A program made the position numbers and the translations under genes. A stretch of 64,000 nucleotides of DNA from Planctomycetota bacterium (lineage in GTDB: Bacteria; Planctomycetota; B15-G4; JADJEK01): contig JBGAIQ010000013.1 of NCBI GenBank assembly GCA_044225365.1, forward strand, positions 64,001 through 128,000. Direction: 5' to 3'. The notes below the pieces were generated by a model that ran no database searches, was not told the origin of the DNA, and saw only the letters and a program-made list of their open reading frames with translations. Of this stretch, positions 27,918-37,528 are shown one piece after another (the stretch's first letter is position 1; every line of letters begins with the position of its first letter).

Positions 27918-29117
27918 ATGAAGTTCGTGATGGTGGTGCTGTCGGGAGTCGCCGATCTCCCGACTCCCTCGCTCGGCGGCAAGACTCCGCTCGCAACGGC
28001 GAAGAAGCCCGCGATGGACGCGCTCGCGGCCCGCGGCCGCGTGGGTTCGATCGCGCCCGATACGTCGCGTCCGACGGGCTCCGACGTCGCCCTGATGCAA
28101 CTCTTCGGCTACGACCCGCTGCGCTATCCGCTGCGACGCGGTCCGCTCGAGGCGATCGGCGCCGGCATCGAATTCGGCGACGACGACCTGGTCGTCCGCG
28201 GGAACTTCGTCTCCCTGTATCACGAAACGATCCAGGATCTCACGGGCGGACGGATCACGGATCGCGAGGCCGAGATCCTCCTCACCGCGCTCGCCGAGGC
28301 GACGACCGACCCGGAGCTGCGGTTCCACCCTCTGCGCGGCTACCGCTTCCTCGTCGTCGTGCGCGGCGGGGCGGCGTTCCGTGTCGCGTTCGTTCCCCCG
28401 CACGAAGTCGTCGGACGGCCGGTGCGCGAGCGGTATCCGCACGGCGCCGATGCGTTGCGATTCGAGCGCGTCCTCGATCAATCGCGCGTCGTCCTCGGGA
28501 ATCACGACATCAACAAGGTCCGCGTCGACCTCGGCGAGAATCCCGCGAACTTCGTGTGGCTGTGGGGCGCGGGATCGAAGGTCGAGCTGCCGTCGTTCCA
28601 GAGCGTGTTCGGCAAGAAGAGCGCCGCGATCGCGGGCTGCGCGCTCGCTCGCGGTCTCGGCGAGAGCCTCGGGATGACGGTGCCCACGGTGAAGGGCGCG
28701 ACGGGCGACCTCGAGACCGATCTCGACGCAAAGGCGAAGGCCGCGATCGCCGCGCTCGACCATCACGACGTCGTCTTCGTCCACGTCCAGGCCGCGAACG
28801 AAGCGTCGCACCTGCGCGATCCAAAGAAGAAGGTCTACTGCATTCAAGACGCCGACAAGCGGCTCATCGGGCCACTCGCCGATGAACTGCAGCGGCACCC
28901 GTCGTGGCGTCTGCTCGTCGCGAGCGATCACGTATCGGCGTCGGCGAAGGACGAACCGACGAGCGGCCGCGCGCCGTTCCTCATCGCCGGCTCCGACATC
29001 GCCGCCGTCCGCGCGTACCCCTTCGACGAAGAACACGCCGCGCAGAGCGACCTGCAAATCGACGTGCCGACGAACCTGATGGAGTACTTCCTGACGGTTC
29101 GCCCGACCTGGCCCTAG
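27918..29117 (+). CDS. ApgM-like cofactor-independent phosphoglycerate mutase family protein with degenerate metal ligands
   Basis: ADLPTPSLGGKTPL...MDALA, GSDVA, RGPLEAIG, PANFVWLWG; the DG and PDEAGH motifs are altered. Confidence 0.8.
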   Translation: MKFVMVVLSGVADLPTPSLGGKTPLATAKKPAMDALAARGRVGSIAPDTSRPTGSDVALMQLFGYDPLRYPLRRGPLEAIGAGIEFGDDDLVVRGNFVSLYHETIQDLTGGRITDREAEILLTALAEATTDPELRFHPLRGYRFLVVVRGGAAFRVAFVPPHEVVGRPVRERYPHGADALRFERVLDQSRVVLGNHDINKVRVDLGENPANFVWLWGAGSKVELPSFQSVFGKKSAAIAGCALARGLGESLGMTVPTVKGATGDLETDLDAKAKAAIAALDHHDVVFVHVQAANEASHLRDPKKKVYCIQDADKRLIGPLADELQRHPSWRLLVASDHVSASAKDEPTSGRAPFLIAGSDIAAVRAYPFDEEHAAQSDLQIDVPTNLMEYFLTVRPTWP

Positions 29118-29126
29118 CCACGGCCT

Positions 29127-29323
29127 GGACCGCCACGCTCCAGCGTGGCATATGGATTCCCAAGTCGTAGGAATGCCGGACTGGCCCGGCGGTTCGAGAA
29201 GGCAACGGGAGTTCCGTTCCATACGGATGCCGGGCAGAGCCCGGCGGTCCTGCAGATCGGATCGGATCGGACCGCCACGCTCCAGCGTGGCATATGGGGA
29301 CGCCGGGCATAGCCCGGCGGTCC
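29127..29323. repeat. Cluster of five GGACC-type REP-like palindromes (BIME/REPIN-like)
   Basis: GGACCGCCACGCTCCAGCGTGGCAT x2 (+) and GCCGGGCAGAGCCCGGCGGTCC-like x3 (-) between convergent genes. Confidence 0.8.
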
Positions 29324-29330
29324 GAGGCGA

Positions 29331-30284
29331 TCAGTGCGCCCACGCGCGTTCGAACACGTCGCGGAGGCCGCGATGGAGCGAGCTCGCGACGTCGAGCTTG
29401 ATGAGCGTCTCGGACGGCGAGCCGGGCACGATCAGTCGCAGGTGCAGCGCGTCGGGCAGGAAGATCATGCGGAAGCGCCAGAGCGGCGCATGTTTCGTGA
29501 GTCGCACTTCGAGTCGTGCGCGGGCGGGAGCGTCGAGCCCGCTGCGGATCTCCTCGAGATGCCGTAGCGACGCCTCGATGCGCGACGACATCGCGCCCCG
29601 CAGCGGGACGTCGTCCCTGACGGCCTTGTCGATCGCGGAGACTTCGGGACTCTTCGGGTCGAGGAGCAGGAACCGCACTCGCCCGTCCTTCTCCGTAGCG
29701 GCTCGCGCGACGAGTTCGCGAAACTCCGGGTTGCCGAGGAACGAGGAAAACGACGCCGCGTACACGTCGAGCCGCTTCGGTGCGATCTCCGTGATCAACT
29801 CGTACAGCTCGCGCGTGAGTCCACCGGCAGGTTCGTCCGAGGTCGCGAAGAAGCGCACGCCCGACGTCTTGCGCAGGCCGAAGAAGTCCTGGAGCGCCGC
29901 CATCGGGCGCTCCGTGTCGTCGCCGACGATCGCGATGCGGAACATCTCGGTCAGAAGGCGGATGTCCTTCTGCGCGAAGAAGTACGTCCCGAGCTTGTCG
30001 TTGACTGCGCGCAGGGCCTGATGGATCGTCTTGCGACGCGAAGGTGCATCCTCGCGCGCGGTGCGAAGCAGGTCGTTCTCTCGCAGATGCTGGAAGATCT
30101 CGTCGAAGAGGACGGGACGCACGCGATCGCGGAGGAAGCGCAGGATGGCGACCTGGCGACTCGGCTCGCCGCGGAACTTCCGCCCGGCCGGGCGGACGAT
30201 CGCCTCGTTCAGAACCCGTTCGAACGCGTCGCTCGGAATCGTGGGTTCACTCGAGGGAATCCGAGGTGACTTCTCATGCGACAT
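29331..30284 (-). CDS. Putative transcriptional regulator: N-terminal winged-HTH-like region plus DUF5919/TrmB-like C-terminal domain
   Basis: RQVAILRFL...TIHQALRAVNDKLGTYF; C-terminal RVRFLLLDPKS...LEVRL...FERAW pattern; divergent from the desaturase. Confidence 0.55.
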   Translation of the reverse strand: MSHEKSPRIPSSEPTIPSDAFERVLNEAIVRPAGRKFRGEPSRQVAILRFLRDRVRPVLFDEIFQHLRENDLLRTAREDAPSRRKTIHQALRAVNDKLGTYFFAQKDIRLLTEMFRIAIVGDDTERPMAALQDFFGLRKTSGVRFFATSDEPAGGLTRELYELITEIAPKRLDVYAASFSSFLGNPEFRELVARAATEKDGRVRFLLLDPKSPEVSAIDKAVRDDVPLRGAMSSRIEASLRHLEEIRSGLDAPARARLEVRLTKHAPLWRFRMIFLPDALHLRLIVPGSPSETLIKLDVASSLHRGLRDVFERAWAH

Positions 30285-30507
30285 CTGGCCCGTCCTTCGC
30301 AGCGTCGTTCAACCACGGTCGCGAGCGCGGTTTAGAGTGCTCATTGCTTCGCGCGGATGTCGCATCAACATACCACGGACAGACATCCGACATCTGGAAT
30401 ACGTGTGGCAAGCGTCATAGCCCATTGACATTCAAGTTCTTGCGCTTGACGCCCGATGATTCTTCGTCCATCTTGATGGCGAGTCATCGACCCCGGAAGG
30501 TCATCCC

Positions 30508-31515
30508 GTGAGCACCACCGCGCAAGCCCCGAATGTCCGCACGAACCTCGCGAAGAGCCAGTACTACATCAAGAGCGCCTCGACCCTCAAACAGGAGCTG
30601 GCGCGCGAGATCGACAAGGACGTGATCCGCGAGCTGCATCGCAAGCGCGCGTGGCTCCACTTCCTCGTGCTCTTCCGCCAGATCGCGTTCATGGCTCTCG
30701 GCACCTACGTGAGCTACACGCGCCCCGAGTGGTACTTCTGGATCCCGTCGGCGATCGTCGTCGGATTCACCGCATTCAACTTCACCGTGATGCTCCACGA
30801 GGTCGTGCACAAGGCCGTCTTCGAGAAGCCGAACGCGAAGTGGGAGCGCTTCCTCGGCATCCTGTACGCGTTCCCCTCGGGGATCAGCGCGACGCAGTTC
30901 ACGCGCTGGCACCTCGACCATCACGACAACCTCGGCTCGGCGACCGACGACCCGAAGCGGTTCAATCTCTCGCCGAAGAAGAACTCGCGCCTGCTGAAGC
31001 TCGCGTACTTCACGCCCGCGCTGTTCCCGATCTACTTCCGCGCGGCGAAGAACGAGACCGCGACGTACTCACCGGAGATGCAGGCGCTCGTCAAGAAGGA
31101 GCGCATCCTCACGATCGTCGGGCATCTCGGAATCCTCGCGACGCTGTGGATCACGCTCGGCTTCACGATGGCCGCGAAGCTGTACATGGTGCCCTACTTC
31201 CTGGTCTTCCCGATCGCGTTCGCGCTCAATCGTTCGGGACAGCACTACAACATCGATCCCGAGGATCCCGCCAAGTGGTCGACGCTCGTGAAGAGTTCAC
31301 CGTTCTGGAACTTCGCGTTCCTCTGGTCCAACTTCCATCTCGAGCACCACTACTACCCGAACGTCCCCTTCTACCACCTGAAGCGGACCCACTTCCTGCT
31401 GCAGGCGTTCTTCGCGCGGCGCAACATGGTGCCCGTCGGCTACGGCGAGTTGCTCTGGAACTGGATCGTGAGGAACGGCAAGCCGCACACCAAGTGGGGT
31501 TGTCGCGGATCCTGA
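30508..31515 (+). CDS. Membrane fatty acid desaturase family protein
   Basis: His boxes HEVVH, HLDHH, QH and HLEHH; TM segments. Confidence 0.92.
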   Translation: MSTTAQAPNVRTNLAKSQYYIKSASTLKQELAREIDKDVIRELHRKRAWLHFLVLFRQIAFMALGTYVSYTRPEWYFWIPSAIVVGFTAFNFTVMLHEVVHKAVFEKPNAKWERFLGILYAFPSGISATQFTRWHLDHHDNLGSATDDPKRFNLSPKKNSRLLKLAYFTPALFPIYFRAAKNETATYSPEMQALVKKERILTIVGHLGILATLWITLGFTMAAKLYMVPYFLVFPIAFALNRSGQHYNIDPEDPAKWSTLVKSSPFWNFAFLWSNFHLEHHYYPNVPFYHLKRTHFLLQAFFARRNMVPVGYGELLWNWIVRNGKPHTKWGCRGS

Positions 31516-31520
31516 CGCGC

Positions 31521-34331
31521 TCAGTGTTTCTCGACCGCGCGCAATGCGACCTCAGTCTCCTGATGCGCGGTGACGACGGCTTCGGCCTCGAGTTCGAGAT
31601 ACTTGCCGAGCACCTCGATCCCGGTGCGCACGACGTAGTTCCCGGGCTTCAGTCCCATCGCGCGATAGCCGCCGTTCTCGATTCGCTCCGCGATCCGTGA
31701 TTCGATCGTGTTCGCCCCGCCTTCGAGTGTGAGCGAGAGCCCTTCCATCGGCAAGGGCGCGTCGTCGAATCCGTCGGCGTCGATCGTGAGGAGCAACGAT
31801 CCGGCGGGCGCGACCGGGATCGTGAGCTCGAGGTCGCGGTCCTTCGACATCACGATGCCGCGTTCGACCCCGACGTACGTGTTCCCTTCACTCGGCTCGA
31901 ACCTGACGTCCCATTCTCCAGGCACGACGTCATCGAACTCGCAGCGGCCCTGCGCGCCGATCCGACGAACGCGCAGCATGCGCTGCGCGAAATCGTTGTC
32001 GCTCGGCGATGGCATCTCGAAGCGATCGATGGTCACGGTCCCATCGGTGAGAGCGAGACCGGTCTCGGCGTCGACGAACGTCGCCACGAAACGACGACAC
32101 GACACATCGATGTCGAACAATCGCGTGCTTCCCGGAGCCACGCTCACGAATCGACAGGCGACGATCTCGTTCGATCCCGACGGGTGGACGAGCAGCGCCC
32201 AGTCGCGCGCGTCGAGCAACGACGTCTTGAACTGGCCGTTCTGTCCTGTGCGACAGGTGATCGGTTGCGGCGAGCCGATGTAGCGACCGACGCATTCGAT
32301 CGTGAAGCCCCGCGCGGGCACGCCCTTCATGCGGAGTGTCCCCTCGATCGAGCCGAAGGGCGACGCCGCGATCGGAATGTCGATCGACTGCTCGGCTCCG
32401 GCCTCGAGCCGCACGACGAGCGGACTCGCCATGCGCGACGGCGCGATCGCGCCCGCGAGCGAGCCGACTCGTTCGCCGCCGTGCTCGGAGAGGAGTCCGA
32501 TCTCCCACGTTCCTGCGGAGAGTCGGTCGAGGTAGAACGCGCCCAGCGGATCGACTCGCGCGAACTGCGACTCCGCGGACTCGTTGACCGCGACGACGAA
32601 GAGTCCATCCATCGCTTTGTCGCTCGCACCGATCACCTTGCCACGGATGCGCGATGCGGGTGGAAGGGCGATCTCGCAGTGTGCAGGCTCGCCGGCCGAT
32701 TCGATGAGGACGTCGTGGAGCGTCGTCGCGACGTGACCGCCCGCGTGCGCCTCGACGCGCCAGCGATCCGTGACGAGGCCGGTCACGCGGAAGCGGCCAT
32801 CGGCATCCGTGATCGCGATCGCCCGCTTCACGGCGTCCTGCGGATCGTTGGAATCGTTCGCGAACGAATCGGCGAACAACTCGACCTCGGCGGCGACGAG
32901 CGGCTGCGAGGTGGATGCATCGCGCACATTGCCGAGCAAGGTTCCGCCTCGAGGAAGCGCGACATCCGCTTCGATCGGACCCTCGCCTTCGGGGATCGGA
33001 ATGGCCTCGACCGTTCGGGGGACGTAGCCGGGCGCGATCGCCGTCACGTCGAGGTACGCCCCGTCCGGCATCGCCGGCACGATCATGAAGAGTCGGATCG
33101 GGTCGCAACGGAAATCGCAGGACGGACTCTCGCGCTCGAACAACGAGATCGTGCTGGTGTGCGATTGCGCTGTGCCGTTCACGACGCAGCGAACTCGCAC
33201 GGGCTCGACTCGCTCCTTGGTCGCAGCGTCGGTCACGTGGACGCGGATCTCGCGAAGGCGCAGGAGCCGCAACGTGAGTTCGTCCTTCACTTCGTCGAAC
33301 TCGTGCGAATCCTCGAGGAAACCGAGCGCGTGGGCGTGCAGCCAGAAGGGTCCGCTGTCGGGGCACGCGATCTCGAACTTCCCATCGCTTCCGCTCGTCG
33401 CGGTACCACAGATCACGGATTCGCTGGCTTCGAACGCCGCGGAACGGGCCGAGGATTCGACGGAGCATTCGATCGCGACGCCAGCGACGGGCTCGTCCTT
33501 GTCGTCGACCGCGAGGCCTTCGACGACACGCGCCTTCTCGAGCGTCACCTCGAGGTTCTCACGCACCTCGCCTTCCTTCAGCGAGAAGAGCAGGCCCGGC
33601 GCGAGGCGTCCGATGAAGCCATCCTTCGAAGCGAGGATGGAGATCTCGCCCTCCGCGATCCCGCGCAGTTCGAACTCGCCGTCCGCGCCGGATTTCGTCG
33701 TCGCGTCGGAATGCGGGACGTAGACGCTCGCGCCCGCGACGCCGCCGTGCGAGTCGACGACCCGCCCGCGAACGACGGCTTCGTGCAGCAGCGTTGCCGT
33801 GCCGACGAAGACATCGAGGTCGGAGACGCCGCGAACCGGTTCGAGCGTCGCCTGGGCGAATCCGTCGGCCGCGATCGAGAGCTCGATGTCGGCGGAGAGC
33901 GGCGCATCGTCGACTCGAAACGACCCGTCGGCGGCGCTGATCGCGTGGCTCGGCAGCGGCGCCGCGGTGCGCGCCGAATCGAGGTCGGTCGGGTCGGCCC
34001 AGGTCACGCGTCGCGCTTCGATGCGCGCGCCGCCGATCGGGGCGCCGTCGGTGTCGAGCACGCGACCCACGAGTCCGTGACAGCGCGGCGAGAGGCTCGT
34101 CGAGTTCTCGCGAGTCGGCGGCTCGGATGGCGCGCTCGATTCGGCGGTCGTCTCGATGTCCGTGGCACGCACGTCCTCCGATTCGTGCTTCTCGTGCGAC
34201 GTTTGCTTCGGGGTCTCCGCGCCGTCGACTGCGTGCCGGCCGCTTCGAATCAGGAACGAGGCGAAGAGGAGCGCTGCGAGCGCGATCGCGAGCCCTACGA
34301 AGGGAGTGGTGGATGCGCGCCCGGATGCCAT
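31521..34331 (-). CDS. Carboxypeptidase-regulatory-like (transthyretin-like) repeat protein, membrane anchored
   Basis: N-terminal TM helix; repeats GRVLDTDGAPIGGARI, GRVVDSHGGVAGASV, TDADGRFRVTGL. Confidence 0.8.
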   Translation of the reverse strand: MASGRASTTPFVGLAIALAALLFASFLIRSGRHAVDGAETPKQTSHEKHESEDVRATDIETTAESSAPSEPPTRENSTSLSPRCHGLVGRVLDTDGAPIGGARIEARRVTWADPTDLDSARTAAPLPSHAISAADGSFRVDDAPLSADIELSIAADGFAQATLEPVRGVSDLDVFVGTATLLHEAVVRGRVVDSHGGVAGASVYVPHSDATTKSGADGEFELRGIAEGEISILASKDGFIGRLAPGLLFSLKEGEVRENLEVTLEKARVVEGLAVDDKDEPVAGVAIECSVESSARSAAFEASESVICGTATSGSDGKFEIACPDSGPFWLHAHALGFLEDSHEFDEVKDELTLRLLRLREIRVHVTDAATKERVEPVRVRCVVNGTAQSHTSTISLFERESPSCDFRCDPIRLFMIVPAMPDGAYLDVTAIAPGYVPRTVEAIPIPEGEGPIEADVALPRGGTLLGNVRDASTSQPLVAAEVELFADSFANDSNDPQDAVKRAIAITDADGRFRVTGLVTDRWRVEAHAGGHVATTLHDVLIESAGEPAHCEIALPPASRIRGKVIGASDKAMDGLFVVAVNESAESQFARVDPLGAFYLDRLSAGTWEIGLLSEHGGERVGSLAGAIAPSRMASPLVVRLEAGAEQSIDIPIAASPFGSIEGTLRMKGVPARGFTIECVGRYIGSPQPITCRTGQNGQFKTSLLDARDWALLVHPSGSNEIVACRFVSVAPGSTRLFDIDVSCRRFVATFVDAETGLALTDGTVTIDRFEMPSPSDNDFAQRMLRVRRIGAQGRCEFDDVVPGEWDVRFEPSEGNTYVGVERGIVMSKDRDLELTIPVAPAGSLLLTIDADGFDDAPLPMEGLSLTLEGGANTIESRIAERIENGGYRAMGLKPGNYVVRTGIEVLGKYLELEAEAVVTAHQETEVALRAVEKH

Positions 34332-34454
34332 GGACTGAAGCTACCCCGAGCGACCGATTCGCGAAACAGGGCGGTCAAGCCGAAACGACCGTGAAGACGA
34401 TGTAGGAAACGACGAGAGTGGCGCAATTCCTCCGCGCGAGATCGGGAGTCCGCG

Positions 34455-37079
34455 ATGTCGATGTTCCTCTGCTCGAGGCAGGGTCTGGTCCTTCTTCTGC
34501 TCGCAGTGGCCATGTCCGCTTGCGGCAAACGCGAGGACGCGAACGTGCCGGCCGCCGGTTCGCGAACGGCGGCGTCCGATCCGAAGGGCGGCGGCGACCG
34601 CGGTGCGGGGCAGGCCAAGTCGAACGAGTCCGGCAAGAACGTGGCGCTCGCCTCGCTCGCGCCCGATCATCGATCGACGGCCGAGAAGGCCACGCGGACC
34701 GCTCTGAAGCGCAATCGACGGCCGGCGACGGCGAGCGATCCGCAGGGCGTCTCCGATTTCCACGGTCGCGGGCTCTCGTTCATCACGAAAGACGCATGGT
34801 TCGCGATCGACGTACCTTCGGTACCGCACCTCGTCGAGTCGTTCGCGACGAGCGAGCTGCACTCGGCCCTCGAGCGATCCGGCCTGCTCGGGAACCTCGC
34901 AAGCCTCGATGCCGTGAAGGCGCTCGCGTACGACAAGTTCAACATCACCGTGCCGGAAGTGCGCCACATCGTCGACGAGATCGTGGGCGCCAAGGGTGAG
35001 ATGGTTCTCTCGCTGCTCGATCTCGATCCGTCGCGTCTCGAGCGCGGGGATGAAATGCCGTTCACCGCCGCGTTGTTCGTGGAACTCGGCGACCGCGCGT
35101 CGAAGGTCGCTGAGGAGCTGTCGGCGCTCCAAGACGACCCGACTCTGAGATCGGAGAGATCGGGGTTCTTCCAGAGCATGGCGCGGGTGTCCGACGACCT
35201 CTACCTGATCTCCGACGCCACTCTGCGGGTCGAGCTCATGGTGAAGGACAGTTGGGTCGCGATGTTGATCGGTCCTCCCGCGAAGTATGCGCCCGTGCTC
35301 GACGATCTGGCGATCCTCCCGCGAAAGGACTCCTTCCTCGCGAGCGCACTCCTCACGCATGCGCCACGGCCCATCGGCGAAGGAGCCTCCCCGAATCCGG
35401 TGCTCGAGTGTTATCTCAACTTCGCGAGCGTTCCTCAGATCCTCGACGCCTATGCCGGCCGGCAGGCGCGTGACGTTGCGATGATGCTCGGCGTCGACCA
35501 GATCGCGGGCCTGTCGATGATGACGGCATTCGATCACGGCCGCTTCAGCGAAGCGTTCGGACTGGTCTCTCCCGACCGCAAGGACGTCTTCACGAGCTTG
35601 TTCGACTCGAAGGCGCTCGACCCGACCTTTGCGCGCTACGCACTCCCCGGCGCCGAAGAGTCCTCGGTGCTCAGCTTCGATTTCTCCCGCGCGCTCACGA
35701 GCGTGCGAGAGCGGCTGCCCGATGCAGGCCGAGCCGCATTCGATTCCGGGATCGACGAACTGAACCGAACGATCGGGATGGACGTGCGACGTGAGCTGCT
35801 CGCGATGCTCGGCGCGAACTTCACGTGGTCGTCGAAGGGCGATCTCGCGAGCGCGTTCCATGTCACCGGCGGTGACGGCGGTGATGGCGCGAAGCCCTTC
35901 GAGCTCGCGCTTGCGGTGGAGCTGTCGAAGGCGGATCTCGCGAAGCGATTCGTCGCGAAACTGGTCGCCCAGAAGGCGCTGCCCGCGAAGGCGCGCAAGG
36001 CCGGAGATCACGAAGCATTCGTCGTCGAGTCGTCCCAACTCGGCGTCCCGGCGTCGGTCGAGGTCTCGTTCGCGATCACCGACGATGCTCTCGTGATCGC
36101 GTCCTCGTTCGAGGCCCTCACGCGGATCCTCGAGGCCGCTGATTCGTTCGACGATTCGACGCACACGTCCTTGATGAGTGCGATCGCGGCATCGCCGTCG
36201 GAGGCCTTCGCGATCTCGACGGCGTCGACGGCGGCCGAAGTTCGCGCGTTCGCGGGCTCGCTCCGCGCGGGCCTCGGCGAGATCTTCGCGAGCGACCCGT
36301 CGATCCTCTCGATGCTGCCGACGAGCGACGCGATCTCGAAGTTCGCGGACGGACTCGCCGACTCGCGTCGATTCTGCTCCGCCACGAAGGATGGAATCGT
36401 CGTCGACACCGAGTCGCCGATCGGCAATCCTTCGCTGCTCGCGCTGCCGATCGGCATCGCGGCTTCGGTCGCGCTGCCGAAGCTCATGGACACGCGGATC
36501 CAGGATCGACAATCCGCCGTCATGGCGCAGATGAGGATGCTCGCCGCCGCCGAAATGGAGTTCCGTGGGTCTGCCCACATCGACTCGGATCACGATGGCA
36601 TCGGCGAATTCGCAACGCTCGCCGAACTGTGTGGGCGGGTCGCGTTGCCCGGCGGTTCCAAGCTGGATCCGCCGCTGATCGAGCCGCCCTTCGGCGAGGT
36701 GGTGGACGGCCATGCCGACGTCCTCGGCTATCGCTTCGCCGTCTTCCTGCCCGGCGCGAACGGCAAGCCCGTCGCAGAGGTCCCGACGGGCGGTCGCGCG
36801 AAAGGCGTCGACGGCGATCTCTCCGAGCGGCAATTCGCGATCTACGCCTGGCCGATCGCTCCCGAAACGAGCGGTTCCGAAGCGTACTTCGTCGATTCGA
36901 CCGGCGTTCTCCATCGCGCCGCGCCGAACTCGGGCAAGAACTCGTACGCGAACGATCTCGCGCCGGAAGGCGACGCCGCCTTCGGTCTGCGCGGCAGCAT
37001 GATGAAGGCCGCTTCGATCGACAAGGGCACCGGATTCAAGAAGGGCGCTTCGGGAATGCTGTGGGCCGAAGTGCGGTGA
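34455..37079 (+). CDS. Lipoprotein with DUF3352-like region and C-terminal pilin-like domain
   Basis: Lipobox MSAC; internal pilin-like helix IGIAASVALPKLMDTR...AVMAQMRMLAAAE followed by DSDHDGIGEF and GYRF...FAIYAWP. Confidence 0.65.
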   Translation: MSMFLCSRQGLVLLLLAVAMSACGKREDANVPAAGSRTAASDPKGGGDRGAGQAKSNESGKNVALASLAPDHRSTAEKATRTALKRNRRPATASDPQGVSDFHGRGLSFITKDAWFAIDVPSVPHLVESFATSELHSALERSGLLGNLASLDAVKALAYDKFNITVPEVRHIVDEIVGAKGEMVLSLLDLDPSRLERGDEMPFTAALFVELGDRASKVAEELSALQDDPTLRSERSGFFQSMARVSDDLYLISDATLRVELMVKDSWVAMLIGPPAKYAPVLDDLAILPRKDSFLASALLTHAPRPIGEGASPNPVLECYLNFASVPQILDAYAGRQARDVAMMLGVDQIAGLSMMTAFDHGRFSEAFGLVSPDRKDVFTSLFDSKALDPTFARYALPGAEESSVLSFDFSRALTSVRERLPDAGRAAFDSGIDELNRTIGMDVRRELLAMLGANFTWSSKGDLASAFHVTGGDGGDGAKPFELALAVELSKADLAKRFVAKLVAQKALPAKARKAGDHEAFVVESSQLGVPASVEVSFAITDDALVIASSFEALTRILEAADSFDDSTHTSLMSAIAASPSEAFAISTASTAAEVRAFAGSLRAGLGEIFASDPSILSMLPTSDAISKFADGLADSRRFCSATKDGIVVDTESPIGNPSLLALPIGIAASVALPKLMDTRIQDRQSAVMAQMRMLAAAEMEFRGSAHIDSDHDGIGEFATLAELCGRVALPGGSKLDPPLIEPPFGEVVDGHADVLGYRFAVFLPGANGKPVAEVPTGGRAKGVDGDLSERQFAIYAWPIAPETSGSEAYFVDSTGVLHRAAPNSGKNSYANDLAPEGDAAFGLRGSMMKAASIDKGTGFKKGASGMLWAEVR

Positions 37080-37135
37080 CGTCTCGCCGGTCGCGCGACG
37101 AGTTTGCAAGCTCACTCGACTCGGCGGCCCCCTGC

Positions 37136-37443
37136 GTGAAACGATCGACTTCATCCGCACGGACAGCCGCGCGGCATGCTTCGGCATTCACGCGTGTACT
37201 TGCCGGGCTCGATCCGGAGTGTTCCCCGGAGGTTCACGGAGGTCAGAGGAGGCCCACAGAGGGCAGGAAGTATGAAAGGGGGCAGGGCTGGGCGGTCCTG
37301 ACGAATGCGGGCGCCAAGGAGATCGCGTCGCGTGCGGCGGACGGTCCCTTTTGAACTTCTGCTCTTCTCTGACCTCCGTGGTCCTCCGTGCGAAACGATC
37401 GACTTCGTCCTCGCGGACGGCCGCGCCGCGTGATTCGGCATTC
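37136..37443. repeat. Intergenic composite repeat: ~55-bp imperfect direct repeats plus a ~160-bp imperfect inverted-repeat element
   Basis: Direct repeats at 37136-37189 and 37388-37443; inverted arms GGAGGTTCACGGAGGTCAGAG...AAAGGG (37228-37280) and CCCTTT...CTCTGACCTCCGTGGTCCTCC (37346-37387). Confidence 0.65.
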
Positions 37444-37468
37444 CCTCGAGGGCGCTGCCCCGAGCGCC

Positions 37469-37511
37469 AAAAAACAACGCAGCCCGGCGATTTCATCGCG
37501 GGGCTGCGTTG
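37469..37511 (-). terminator. Intrinsic terminator of the 37529-38827 gene
   Basis: CAACGCAGCCC...GGGCTGCGTTG stem with A6 on the + strand (U-tract on the - strand). Confidence 0.75.
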
Positions 37512-37528
37512 CGGATCGCGACGAACGG

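Noticed and set aside
30477-30511. 11-aa uORF (MASHRPRKVIP) overlapping the desaturase GTG
   Set aside because: It has no SD or attenuator structure and is likely a chance ORF.
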